From assembly GCA_964291215.2 (NCBI GenBank), contig OZ219790.1, forward strand, positions 256,001 through 320,000: a stretch of 64,000 nt of DNA. Direction: 5' to 3'. The notes below the pieces were generated by a model that did not search any database, was not told the DNA's origin, and was given only the letters and a program-made list of their open reading frames with translations. A program made the position numbers and the translations under genes. The DNA comes from Alphaproteobacteria bacterium (GTDB lineage Bacteria; Pseudomonadota; Alphaproteobacteria; MPNO01; UBA830). Positions 20,837 through 31,047 of this stretch are shown in pieces. The stretch's first letter is position 1. The number at the start of each line of letters is the position of its first letter.

Positions 20837-21150
20837 CAGTCAGGCGCCTCCCGGAAACGGTCGCCTGCCACGCCCAACGGCTCTCTCCGATCCGTTCGCA
20901 CGGACATATCCGGCAGTAAGCGTCCCGCCGAACAACGCCGGCCCCTGCTCTGCGATGATGCGCTCGATCCACCACCTGATCGCATCGTCGCGCCGGGCCA
21001 GAATCTTATACCGGAAACGTTCCGTTCTCTCTACGGTCACCGCATCGCGCCGCCGTCTTCGACCTGTGCGCCCGCACCGGCCGGCATCCGAAAACCGGAC
21101 GGCGGCGGCCGCATCCCCCACCCTGCCATCCACATCCACCGGATCGCGAC

Positions 21151-22014
21151 ATGACGATTGCCGTAACCCCGATTTCAGATGCGCTTGGCGCCTCGATCAC
21201 AGGCATCGACCTCTCGAAGCCGCTCGGCGACGACGCTTTCGCTATCATTCACTCCGCGATGCTGAAACATCTTGTCCTCGTCTTCCCTGATCAAGATCTG
21301 ACCGACGAGGAGCAGGTGGAATTCACGCTGCGCTTCGGCGACCTGCCCGACAGGGGCTTACATTCCCGCAGCACGAAGGCGGACGATCAGCTCCACAAGT
21401 CCGTGATGCTGGTTTCCAACATCCGCGAGAACGGCGAGGTCATCGGCTCCATCCCCGACGGCGAGATGTTCTTTCACACCAACGGCTCCTAAGAGGTGGC
21501 TCCCTATCGCTATACCTTCCTCTACGCCATTGAGATCCCGAAGACCGACGGCGATACGCTGTTCGCCAACATGTACGCGGCGTACGAGATACTTCCCGAC
21601 GATCTGAAGGACCTGCTGGCGGACATCGATGCTGAACACGGCTTCTACGCCGGACCGGACGTGACCGAAGAGATGAAGATAGCGCTACGGGTCACCGGGC
21701 ACAGCAGTTCCACCCGCCATCCGGCGCTCATTCGCCACGAGGAATCGTCGAGGACCGTGCTTTATGTCAGCCGCATGCTGACGCGGCGCCTAATCGGGCT
21801 CGGCGAGGACCGGGGACGGGACCTCCTCTTTCGCCTGTTCGATCACTCTGAACGCGCAGAAAATGTCTACTGCCACGTGTGGACGCCGGGCGATCTCGTG
21901 ATGTGGGACAACCGCTGCACCAATCACGCGCGGACAGATTTCAGCGCTGGCGAACGGCGCTTGCTCCGGCGCACGACCTGCCAGGGCACGAGGCCCGAAC
22001 GCGCGGCGCCTTGA
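21151..22014 (+). pseudogene. TauD/TfdA Fe(II)/2-oxoglutarate dioxygenase with an in-frame stop
   Basis: LGASITGIDL, GDTLFANM, WDNRCTNHAR; TAA at 21490-21492 directly after FHTNGS. Confidence 0.85.
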
Positions 22015-22021
22015 CCGTTTC

Positions 22022-23280
22022 GTCGCGGTAGGAATGCGCATTGCTGCGCACCCCCCGCACAGATCCGGACCTGGGCACCAGTCCATCCGGCCTCGGGTAC
22101 TTGACGGCAAACCGCTGGTCCGGCCATGGATAACGGATGGGCGGCCAAAGAAGTTCGGTCATGCGCTCCAGTCGCTTCCAGTTGAAACGGTGGTGTTGGG
22201 AGCGGCGGCGTATCGCCCGCATCCACCGGTGTTGCAGCCTTTGGCGGAACGTGTACAGCCAGGGACGGCGAAGTAGTTGAGCCAGCCTTGACAGACCCGC
22301 CGACCTCCCATATGTCGTGATGCCATCGTTTGCGGAGCACCTCCTCGATGCGGGTCCTTGCGACCCGTTTTGCGACCGAGCCTGAAGCGCCCTGCCCGGG
22401 CCCTCGTGCAGAAGTGCCTGAAGCCCGGGAAGTCGAACGTCCTGCCCGCGCTTCCGGCGGTTCGCCATAGCGAACCGGCCGAACTCGACGATTGTCCGGG
22501 TGCAGATCGAGACCAAAGCGGCCTCTCCCGAACATCGCGAAGGTATTGCTCCGCATCCCGCTTGTACTGAAACCCGACCACGATATCGTCCCGGACAATG
22601 ATCGCTTGACCGCCCGGAGCCCTCGGACGCCATGCCCCGTGAAACCACGGATCAAGCACGTGGTGCAGAAACACGTTCGCAGGGGCTGACAATCGCGCCC
22701 TGCGGCGTCCCGACACCGGTGTCGCTCCATGACGCCAGCGTTCAGCCACTTGCGGGTCATTCTGTCGCGGTACTCGAGGAACGTGATCAACCAATCCCCG
22801 TGTCGAAGTATGCCCGAATGTCCGCATCAACAATCCAGTCGACCTTGCGCCTTTCGATCCCGAACGCCAGGGCGTCGAGAGCGCCCCTCGGCCCGGTCGG
22901 AACCCGTAGCTGAAACCAGGGAACTCCACCTCATGGATCGGTGTCAGGATCACATCCACAACTGCCTTCCGGACGATCTTGTCCTCCAGTGCAGCAAGCG
23001 GTCGTGTCCCGGTATCTCCACCCACCGGCGACGCCCGGTACGCTCCCCCGCAGGCGCGAGTGCAGGTCGAGCAGGCGCTCGTCCAGATCTTCGCCGTCAC
23101 GCCGTCGACCCCTGCCGCGGCTTCCTTCTTCAGGCCGACCGGAGTGCCTCCGGCGTGGTGGAAGAGTGCACGCTCCTTCGGGTTCCTCTTTGCAGCTCCG
23201 ATCCGCCTCCTGTGGCACCCGACTCTGTGTTCGGCGCGTGCTTTGGCGTCCCGGATTCCCTTGGTTGAGGCCCTTTCCTA
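22022..23280 (-). mobile_element. Group II intron (degenerate RT/maturase, 5' end lost)
   Basis: LEDKIV, FSYGFRPGRG, ANVFLHHVLDPW, IIVR-DDIVVGFQ; DV/DVI ending CCTACCGCGAC at 22022. Confidence 0.88.
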
Positions 23281-23806
23281 GGGTGCAGTTCTCGTATGGC
23301 GAATCCAAGTCATTGATTTAACACGGTTGTGCGGTCGCGAGGCAGCAGCGAAAACGGGTTTTCGTGACAATCGCCCGTTTCGGGACAGGATTTTGTCACG
23401 ATCCCCGCGGCATCGACAGGGTGATCCGGGCGCTGCGCCACCTTCGCGACACCGCGGCGCCAACGGGCCAACATCGACAGGGAACCGGCCTTCTTCCGCA
23501 AGCATCGCCACCGAATGCGCTACCACGCGCTGAAGCAACCGGCTCGGGAATTGTCGAGGCGGCAAACAAGACCCCCGTCACACAGCGCATGAGGCGCTCC
23601 GGCATGCGCCGGCGCATCGTCGGCGGACAATCACCTTCCGCGCCCTGCTCGAATCCGGCCGCTTCGAGAGCGCGTGGGCGGCCATGATCGGTGCAGACGA
23701 CGCACCAGCCAACGACAACATCAGCCCAAATCACACCCCGGCACTGGCCGCATGAGATGAACAAATGGTACTGAGCCTGCAACCGTGCCATACGAGACTC
23801 TCACCC
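23281..23806 (+). mobile_element. Internally deleted ISKra4-like element (MITE-like)
   Basis: IRs GGGTGCAGTTCTCGTATGGC / GCCATACGAGACTCTCACCC; residual GSGIVEAANKT.VTQRM.RSGM. Confidence 0.7.
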
Positions 23807-23809
23807 CCC

Positions 23810-24082
23810 GAGGATCGCTTTCACTCGCAGTTCGGAGGGAATTTCTGCTCGGACCTCATCGAGACCGAGGATGGCCGCCAAGCCGTCCAGGAAGTCCTCG
23901 ACCGGATGTTCCCCGCGATGCCCGCCTTTTTCGGGTGATCCGGTTCCGTCAACAACGAGACCTACCGCAAGTGGGGCATCAAGATGCGGACCAATGACGA
24001 GATGCGCGACGACCACATGAGCCGTGTGCGCGAACTCGTCGAGCACCGGCTCGGGCTGCAGCTTCCTGCTATTGCCGGCTAA
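23810..24082 (+). pseudogene. C-terminal fragment of a PaaA/BoxB-like diiron aryl-CoA epoxidase subunit
   Basis: EDRFH...FFG*SGSVNNETYRKWGIKMRTNDEMR...LGLQLP; internal TGA. Confidence 0.6.
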
Positions 24083-24530
24083 CGCCGCCTGCGCGTGTCC
24101 CGTCCCGACCGGCTACTTGCCCGTTTCGAAGACGATCTCGGCGGCGTCAGCCGGTTCTCTGCCACGGGCTCCGGCGCCTCTCCGGCCACGCTCCGGAAAA
24201 CCGGCTCTATCTCGAAGGTCTCAGACAACCGACTGGCCGTGTGGAAACCGTCGAGGACTGGAAGGCCGCAGGCGCCGCGCTGCGGCACAAGGCCTGGAAT
24301 CGATCCTGGTGGACGGCTGAAAAGGTAGAGCAGCGGGCCCTGTCGGTGCGCATCGCCACCGTCTTTGCCGAACCCCTCTTGCACGGCGCCTGTCCGGGAT
24401 CCTCCTCACCGCCAGCGACCGGGCCCTCACCGATGCGACCGCCTCGTTGACGCACGCCGCCGTTTCCGACCCAGGCCTTGCCGCAAGCGCCGCCGGTGCT
24501 GCCAGCGAGGCGGTTCACCAGGCGTCCCCC

Positions 24531-25662
24531 CTAGTGTTATGTCAGCAATGATATGTCGTACATTTGGTGCTAGACTGTCCGTCCATTCGGGATGGAGGTC
24601 GGAGTATGAAACGCTACGTGGTGACCCTGGACGAACGGGCAGAACTTTCGGAGATCAAGGGCTCGCACCTGTCGCAAAAGGTAATCAACGCCCTGCTTAA
24701 CTGCGACGAGGGCGCGTTCAATGAATGCCAGATGACCGGGAAGGTCATTGCTGAGATTCTGCGCATCAGCATGCGCAAAGTAGACCGAGTAAAGAAGCGT
24801 TTCGAGGGGCTGGAGGCGGCATTGGGTGGCCGGCGCCGTCCTACCTATATGCGAAAAGCCGACGGCGTCTTCGAGGCGCGTGGCCCTGAGTTGTGGTGAA
24901 CCGCCTGAGGGTTAAGCGCAATGGTCGTTGCGGCTGCTGGCCGACCGCGTTGTCGAGCTTGGTTACATTGATACCGTGTCACACGAGACGGTGCGGCGTG
25001 TTCTAAAAAAAACTGCCTCAAGCCATGGCAGCGGGTGGGTGATTCCTCCTCAAGGGAACGCCGACTTCGCCGCAGCGAAGGTGCTCGATGTCTATCGCCG
25101 CCCCGCCGCCTTCCCCGTGGTCTGCATGGACGAAACGCCCCGACCGGCGAGACACGGCAACCGATCGCCATGGCGCCGGGACGGCCAGCGCGTAACGACT
25201 ACGAGTATCGACGTTGCGGTACCTGCAACGTCTTCACGGAACCCCTGGCCGGCAAGCGCATGACCAAGGTAACCGAGCGCAAGATCGATTGGGCGCAGTT
25301 CCTGGCCGACATCGCCGAGCGCTACCAAGACGCCACCACCATCACCCTGGTGATGGACAACCTCAACACTCACCGGCCCGGCGCCTTCTATGAGGCCTAC
25401 CCGCCGGACGAGGCCAAGGCCCTGTGGGACCGCTTCGAGTTCGTCTACACCCCCAAGCACGGCAGTTGGCTGAACGTGGTCGAACTCAACGTCATGATCC
25501 GCCTGAACCGCCGCATCGACTGCATCGAGGTGCTACGCCGGGAAGTTGCCGCCTGGCAGGCGACCGCATCCAGGCCAAGGTGGATTGGCAGTTCACCACC
25601 GACGATGCCCGCGTGAAACTCAAACGCCTTTATCCGACATTTGACGAATGACAAGACACTAG
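24531..25662 (+). mobile_element. IS630-family element (second type, degenerate)
   Basis: CTAG at both ends; VVCMDE, VMDNLNTH, YTPKHGSWLN, DWQFTTDDARVKLKRLYP. Confidence 0.9.
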
Positions 25663-26029
25663 CGGTTCTTGCAGGGACAGCCGATTCCCACCCCTTCCGC
25701 ATCAAGCTCCGGCATTTCATGGCGGGTCACTGGCCTCTTGGCCTGCTTGACGGCACCTTCCGCCTGCTCTGACCGGGCGCATCGTCCGCTGCCACCGTCG
25801 TAAACGCCTTGCTCGGCCGAACGGACCTGTCGGGACTGGACCGTGTCTGTCCACAGGGGAGTGGGGATTATCGACCGGCGAACAACCCGGATGCGGGAAA
25901 ATTGACAGCAGGCATCGTTCTCACCTAGCATGAATTTTGCACGGACAACCCCGCGGCTGCCAAGACACAATGCCGGCCCGCCGATGACGGCGAGAGTTTC
26001 GGACTGCGGCCACGAGAACCAGGGAGAAA

Positions 26030-27043
26030 TTGATGAAGAGATGCTGCATGCTTGTCGTCGGCCTCATGACGGCTGCGACGCTGCTCACGGCAGAGGATGG
26101 CCGGGCGGCCACTAAACTGAGGCTGGCCAACTGGCTCCCTCCGGTCCACCACATGTCGGCCACGCTCGGCGCATGGGCCAGCGAACTCGAAAAGGCTTCT
26201 GGCGGCCAAATCAAGGTGGAAGTGATGACCGCCCCGCTGGCCAAGCCTGACGGGCAATACGACCTCGCGAAGAAGGGGATCGTCGACATCGCATGGAGCG
26301 TTGCGGCGTACCATCCGAAGCGGTTCTGGAAGCTGATGGCAGTCGAGACGCCGTTTGCGGCGCCGACCGCAGAGGCCGCTGGGGTGGCCGCCTGGCGGTG
26401 GTACAAGAAGCACGGCTTCATGGCGAAGGACACGGCCGACACCAAGCTTCTTGCCCTGTTCGCGCATGCACCGCATCTCTATCACAGTGCCAAACCGCTG
26501 ACCAAGCTTGCGGATTTCAAAAACATGAAAATCCGTACCGGCGGCAACGGAGTGAAGATCGCCAAGATTCTCGGCGCCGTCCCGGTTTTCATGCCGCCGG
26601 GAGCCACCAATGAGGCGCTGGCCAAAGGCACGCTTGATGCGTCACAGTTCCCTTGGGAGTCAGTCAAGGGCTTCCGCCTGGCCGGTGTGACTTCGCATCA
26701 CCTGAAGATCCCCGGCGGCACCTATGCCGGCATCTTCTTTCTCACGATGAGCCCCAAGACCTGGGCGAAGCTCTCAGCCGGCCAGAAGGCCGCAGTCGAC
26801 AAGGTAAGCGGAGAATGGGGGTCGCGGTTCATCTCCAGGAAATGGGACGCCGCGGAGAAATCGGGACGCGATGCCGCCAAGGCCAACGGCAACACGATCA
26901 CGGTGCTCAGCGATGCGGAAACCGCCAAGCTGAAGCAGATGGTGCAACCGATAACAGATGCCTGGATCGAAAAAGCCGACAAGGCGGATCTGGACGGCAA
27001 GGCGCTGATGACAGACTACCACAAGATCGTGGCGGGTCTCTGA
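26030..27043 (+). CDS. dctP: TRAP transporter substrate-binding protein
   Basis: Signal peptide, LRLANWLPPVH, KIRTGG, LGAVPV. Confidence 0.9.
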   Translation: MMKRCCMLVVGLMTAATLLTAEDGRAATKLRLANWLPPVHHMSATLGAWASELEKASGGQIKVEVMTAPLAKPDGQYDLAKKGIVDIAWSVAAYHPKRFWKLMAVETPFAAPTAEAAGVAAWRWYKKHGFMAKDTADTKLLALFAHAPHLYHSAKPLTKLADFKNMKIRTGGNGVKIAKILGAVPVFMPPGATNEALAKGTLDASQFPWESVKGFRLAGVTSHHLKIPGGTYAGIFFLTMSPKTWAKLSAGQKAAVDKVSGEWGSRFISRKWDAAEKSGRDAAKANGNTITVLSDAETAKLKQMVQPITDAWIEKADKADLDGKALMTDYHKIVAGL

Positions 27044-27058
27044 TACCCGGCGGCAGCG

Positions 27059-27559
27059 ATGTTCCCGGCGACTAGCAGGGCGATCGGGCGGGTCGCGCTC
27101 TGGTTCGCCCGCTTCGCCTCCCTTGCGCTTGCCGCGATCATGGTCATGACGTTCTTCGATGTTATCGGCAGGACGTTCTTCGGGCGCGCACTCGTTGGCA
27201 CCGTCGAAAGCGTCGAATTAATGATGGGCATCCTCGTGTTCTGTGGTCTCGCACTCACGGAAATCCATCGCCGGCACATCGTCGTCGAAACCTTCCAGAC
27301 GCTGTTTCCGCGCCCGGCGCGCCACCTGTCGGAGATCGTCAATTCGCTGCTCGCGGTCGTCGTCACCGGATTCCTCGCCTGGAGGCTTCTGATCAAGACC
27401 GGCGAGATCGTCGAGGAACAGGAATATACGCAAATCTGGGAACTGCCGTTCTGGCCCACCGCACTCATCATGTGTGTCGGCATCGGCATGTTCCTTATCG
27501 TCCTGGTCGTGCGCCTGATCGGGAACCTGCCGGCAGTGCGGAATCGGTCCGGGGACTGA
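27059..27559 (+). CDS. dctQ: TRAP transporter small permease
   Basis: DVIGR...E...HI.VE, four hydrophobic segments. Confidence 0.88.
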   Translation: MFPATSRAIGRVALWFARFASLALAAIMVMTFFDVIGRTFFGRALVGTVESVELMMGILVFCGLALTEIHRRHIVVETFQTLFPRPARHLSEIVNSLLAVVVTGFLAWRLLIKTGEIVEEQEYTQIWELPFWPTALIMCVGIGMFLIVLVVRLIGNLPAVRNRSGD

Positions 27560-27564
27560 GAAGC

Positions 27565-28869
27565 ATGGAGACCGGTGTCCTGGTGCCGCTCGTGTTCGCG
27601 CTCCTGTTCGGCGCGCTGTTTCTCGGCGCGCATGTCGGGCTCGCGATGTCCGGGGCGGCAATGTTCGGCACCGCGATGATCGTCGGGCCCGACGCCGCGC
27701 TTTCGCTCGCCGGAATATCGGTCTTCGAATCCGCCCAGAGCTTCGATCTCGCTGTCATCCCCCTCTTCGTGCTGATGGGGGATTTTGCCGCAAGGTCCGG
27801 CATCAGCTCCGATCTCTACGCAGCCTTCAATGTGTGGCTCCGGCGCAGCCGCGGTGGTCTCGCCCAGGCCAGCATAGCGGCCTGCGCCGCCTTCGGAGCG
27901 GTGTGCGGGTCCTCACTCGCCACGGCAGCAACGATGGGCCGCGTAGCGCTGCCCGAGATGCGCCGTTTCGGATACGGCGACAGGCTTGCCACCGGCGCGA
28001 TAGCTGCCGGCGGGACTATCGGCATCCTTATTCCACCCAGCGTGATCATGCTGATCTACGGCCTTCTCACCGAGACCAGCATCGGCGATCTGTTCATCGC
28101 TGGCGTAATACCTGGAATCCTTCTCACGCTGTTCTTCATGATCGCGGTTCTCGCGATCGTCCGGATCGATCCGTCCAGTGCTCCGCAATTGTCCCGCGAA
28201 GCCGCTGCCGTCTCCGATCCCGCGATTCTGCGAAAAATGTGGCCCACGCTGGCGCTCTTCGTTCTCGTGATCGGCGGAATTTATGCCGGGATCTTCACGC
28301 CTACCGAAGCTGCGGGCATCGGCGCGGTCGGAGCGCTTGCGATCGGCGCCGCGATGCGCCGGCTCGGCATTGCCGAAATCCTCGAGTGCCTGATGGAGAC
28401 CGTTCAGACGACATCCATGATCTTCCTGATCCTGATCGGCGCCATCCTGTTTTCGGGTTTCTTGTCGCTCAGCGGCACGCCGGCGCTGCTCGGTCGCTGG
28501 ATCGTCGGCCTCGATCTTTCGCCCCTGATGACGGTGATACTGATCATCGGCATCTACATTCTCCTCGGCGCCTTCCTCGACACGATGGCGATGATCATCC
28601 TTTCGATACCTGTCTTCTTCCCCATTGTCTCCTCCATGGGTCTCGACGCGGTCTGGTTCGGCATCATTGTTGTCATTGCCGTCGAGCTCGCGCTGATAAC
28701 GCCGCCAATGGGGATCAATGTCTTCGTGATCCGTGGCCTCGCCGCGGACATCCCGCTTGCCCAGGTGTTCATGGGCGTTCTGCCGTTCTGCGCCGCGCTG
28801 CTTGCGCTCATCGCGCTCGTGGTCGCGGTGCCCGAGATCGTCACCGTCCTGCCAACCCTCGGGCGGTGA
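27565..28869 (+). CDS. dctM: TRAP transporter large permease
   Basis: IPLFVLMG, GSSLATAATMG, GILIPPS, FTPTEAA, LITPPMG. Confidence 0.93.
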   Translation: METGVLVPLVFALLFGALFLGAHVGLAMSGAAMFGTAMIVGPDAALSLAGISVFESAQSFDLAVIPLFVLMGDFAARSGISSDLYAAFNVWLRRSRGGLAQASIAACAAFGAVCGSSLATAATMGRVALPEMRRFGYGDRLATGAIAAGGTIGILIPPSVIMLIYGLLTETSIGDLFIAGVIPGILLTLFFMIAVLAIVRIDPSSAPQLSREAAAVSDPAILRKMWPTLALFVLVIGGIYAGIFTPTEAAGIGAVGALAIGAAMRRLGIAEILECLMETVQTTSMIFLILIGAILFSGFLSLSGTPALLGRWIVGLDLSPLMTVILIIGIYILLGAFLDTMAMIILSIPVFFPIVSSMGLDAVWFGIIVVIAVELALITPPMGINVFVIRGLAADIPLAQVFMGVLPFCAALLALIALVVAVPEIVTVLPTLGR

Positions 28870-29017
28870 ACGGAAAGCGGGGGAACAGCGCCGTGACACT
28901 ACGCTCACAACCAGGCAGGCACTCCGGAACGGGGACCGCCCTGGCCTTCGCGCCGCTCTCGCCCGGCGCGCATGCATGCGGCGTTGCCGATTCCATCTGC
29001 TGTCTCGAGAAGCCGCG

Positions 29018-29449
29018 ATGAAGATCGTCAGAAACACATCCGGCCAGCAGATCGAGGAGATCCGCCAGGATCCGACACCGGTCGAGGCTATTCCCGAACT
29101 CGCCCACCGGAAACTATTTGCCCGGTTTGAGGAGGCCTTTCTCAACCAGGACATGAAGATGATGGCCGAGTGCCTCCTGCCGTCCTTCGAATGGCGGCTT
29201 CCGAACGGGGAGATCGTCTATGGCCGGGAAAACGCCGTCGCCGCCATGGAGCACCGCTTCGCGATGCCGAACAGCCCGAAATTCAGCCGTTCCGTCTGGC
29301 GCTTCCGCGGCCGCACGGTGATCCAGACCTATCGCGTCTCCTACATGGGTCCCGACGGGAAATGGCGGAAATCGAAAGGCATGGATCTCTACAAGATCCG
29401 CGACGGCCTGATCGCGCGCAAGGACGCGCACTGGAAGATGATTCCGTGA
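29018..29449 (+). CDS. SnoaL/NTF2-like protein
   Basis: F..AF...D.......L...F.W..PNG....GRE ... GMDLYKIRDGLIARKDAHWK. Confidence 0.8.
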   Translation: MKIVRNTSGQQIEEIRQDPTPVEAIPELAHRKLFARFEEAFLNQDMKMMAECLLPSFEWRLPNGEIVYGRENAVAAMEHRFAMPNSPKFSRSVWRFRGRTVIQTYRVSYMGPDGKWRKSKGMDLYKIRDGLIARKDAHWKMIP

Positions 29450-29471
29450 AACCACAGATGGGGAGACAGGG

Positions 29472-29720
29472 ATGAAGATCGCTTCAGCCGCCGGCGAGTT
29501 CGAGTTCCACATCGACGATCTCAGGGTCGTGGGAACCGATGTCGTTCTGACCGGAAAGATGGGCGTCTGGGAGGCCGAAACGCTGATGGATCGGGACGAC
29601 ATGCTGGCGCTCCTGCGTCTAACCGCCTGCAGCCCGTCCTTCTGGGCCCATGCCCTGAAACTTCTGCCCTACGCGCTCCTCGGCGGGCGACGGCGGAGCG
29701 GCTCCGATGACCGAACATAA
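29472..29720 (+). CDS. Hypothetical protein (82 aa)
   Basis: RBS upstream, operonic position, overlaps the next gene. Confidence 0.65.
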   Translation: MKIASAAGEFEFHIDDLRVVGTDVVLTGKMGVWEAETLMDRDDMLALLRLTACSPSFWAHALKLLPYALLGGRRRSGSDDRT

Positions 29721-31035
29721 ACCCGGCAGGCTGCCGCCGCACGCCGAGGCGATGTGGGACTATCCGCTGTTCGACGCGATCATGGGCCGGCGATCCCGGC
29801 GTTTCGGCCTTGGCATGGAAATGTCGAGCGGCCCGTTCCAGCATCGCTCCGACAAGGAGCCGGTGGGGCTTGACAGCCTTGAGACGGCGATGCTCGTGGC
29901 CGCCGCAACCGCAACAACTGGCCCGATACTCGCGGAGACCGAGTTGCCTGGCGGAATGGTCAAGACGATCGGCAAGCCCTACCCGTCAGCCATGGGCTCT
30001 CACCGCGCCCGCCTCTTTTTCACCGATGACAACGGCGTCTATGTTATCCGTGCCGATCAGGCGGCGATGACGAAGATGCGCGAATACGAACACAGCAGCG
30101 ACCGCGGCAAAATCCTCGGATTCTACGAAACCTGCGTCGAGAAGCTCGAGGACGGCCGCATGGACCTTCCGGGCGTCGAGCCTGGCGTCTGGCCGCACAA
30201 CCAGTGGGTAACCAACAAGCCGGGCACGACGCTGTTCATGCCGGTCATCGACGTCACCAAAGACATGATCAAGCTAGTCCTCAACCTGTGCGATTCAAAG
30301 GCCGGCCGCTACGCCCGAGAGGGCGGCTACTACATAGTCGACGACCGCAATGGCATGCGTCCATGCGGCAACCAGAAGTGGCTAGACAACGGATTCCTCT
30401 CGAAACGCAAGGTGATGCCGCTGTCGCGGCTCGAGAAAATGCTCTCGGACGGCATGCTCGCCGAAGGAGCGTTCATGGGGCAGCTGATGGCGCTCGCGAT
30501 GCAGGCGGCGGGGCTCGGGGGCTGGGTCTATGGCGGCTTTTCCTCGCTCGTGGTGCTGGGCGGAACTCCGACCTGCCGCGGCCTCGGTTTCCGTTTCGTG
30601 CAGTCGGCCTCGGACCCGTTTCCCGCTCCGGTCGGTCGTGACGGCATCTTCGAGGCTTTCTGTCCACCCTACTATCCCGACATGGATTCGGCCGTCGAGG
30701 CCGCCATCGAGGGTGCAACGATGAGCATGGATGACTGGGAGGCGCGGGGCATGCTCAAACCGCATACAGCGCCGAATGCGGAATTCGATGCAGCCACGGT
30801 GCAGGCGTCGCCCGAAGGCGTGCAGTGCGTCAAGGACATCTGCGGCTATATCCTCGACACGTTCGGAAAGTTTCCGGCAACGGTCGACGCAATCCAGATG
30901 ACGCTGATGATCCAGGTCCATCACCTCGATCTCGATTTCTACGACGCCCACATGAAACCGGGCACCTATCTGGAGACCCATGAACACCACTTCCGCGACT
31001 GGCACGAAGGCATCGAGCCGCGGAAGAGAAACTGA
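29707..31035 (+). CDS. Uncharacterised nitroreductase-fold-like protein
   Basis: LFDAIMGRRSRRF (RRSxR FMN-binding type) and Q...LAMQAAGLGGW. Confidence 0.6.
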   Translation: MTEHKPGRLPPHAEAMWDYPLFDAIMGRRSRRFGLGMEMSSGPFQHRSDKEPVGLDSLETAMLVAAATATTGPILAETELPGGMVKTIGKPYPSAMGSHRARLFFTDDNGVYVIRADQAAMTKMREYEHSSDRGKILGFYETCVEKLEDGRMDLPGVEPGVWPHNQWVTNKPGTTLFMPVIDVTKDMIKLVLNLCDSKAGRYAREGGYYIVDDRNGMRPCGNQKWLDNGFLSKRKVMPLSRLEKMLSDGMLAEGAFMGQLMALAMQAAGLGGWVYGGFSSLVVLGGTPTCRGLGFRFVQSASDPFPAPVGRDGIFEAFCPPYYPDMDSAVEAAIEGATMSMDDWEARGMLKPHTAPNAEFDAATVQASPEGVQCVKDICGYILDTFGKFPATVDAIQMTLMIQVHHLDLDFYDAHMKPGTYLETHEHHFRDWHEGIEPRKRN

Positions 31036-31047
31036 AGGAGTTGGACG

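Noticed and set aside
20840-21139. 99-aa ORF between the FAD oxidoreductase and tauD
   Set aside because: No recognisable motif; it spans the divergent promoter region.
21490-21492. Programmed read-through or selenocysteine/pyrrolysine in tauD
   Set aside because: The codon is TAA, and the neighbouring metal ligand is also altered.
22022-23280. RT as a retron or diversity-generating retroelement
   Set aside because: A maturase domain and DV/DVI identify a group II intron; no TR/VR pair or msr-msd was seen.
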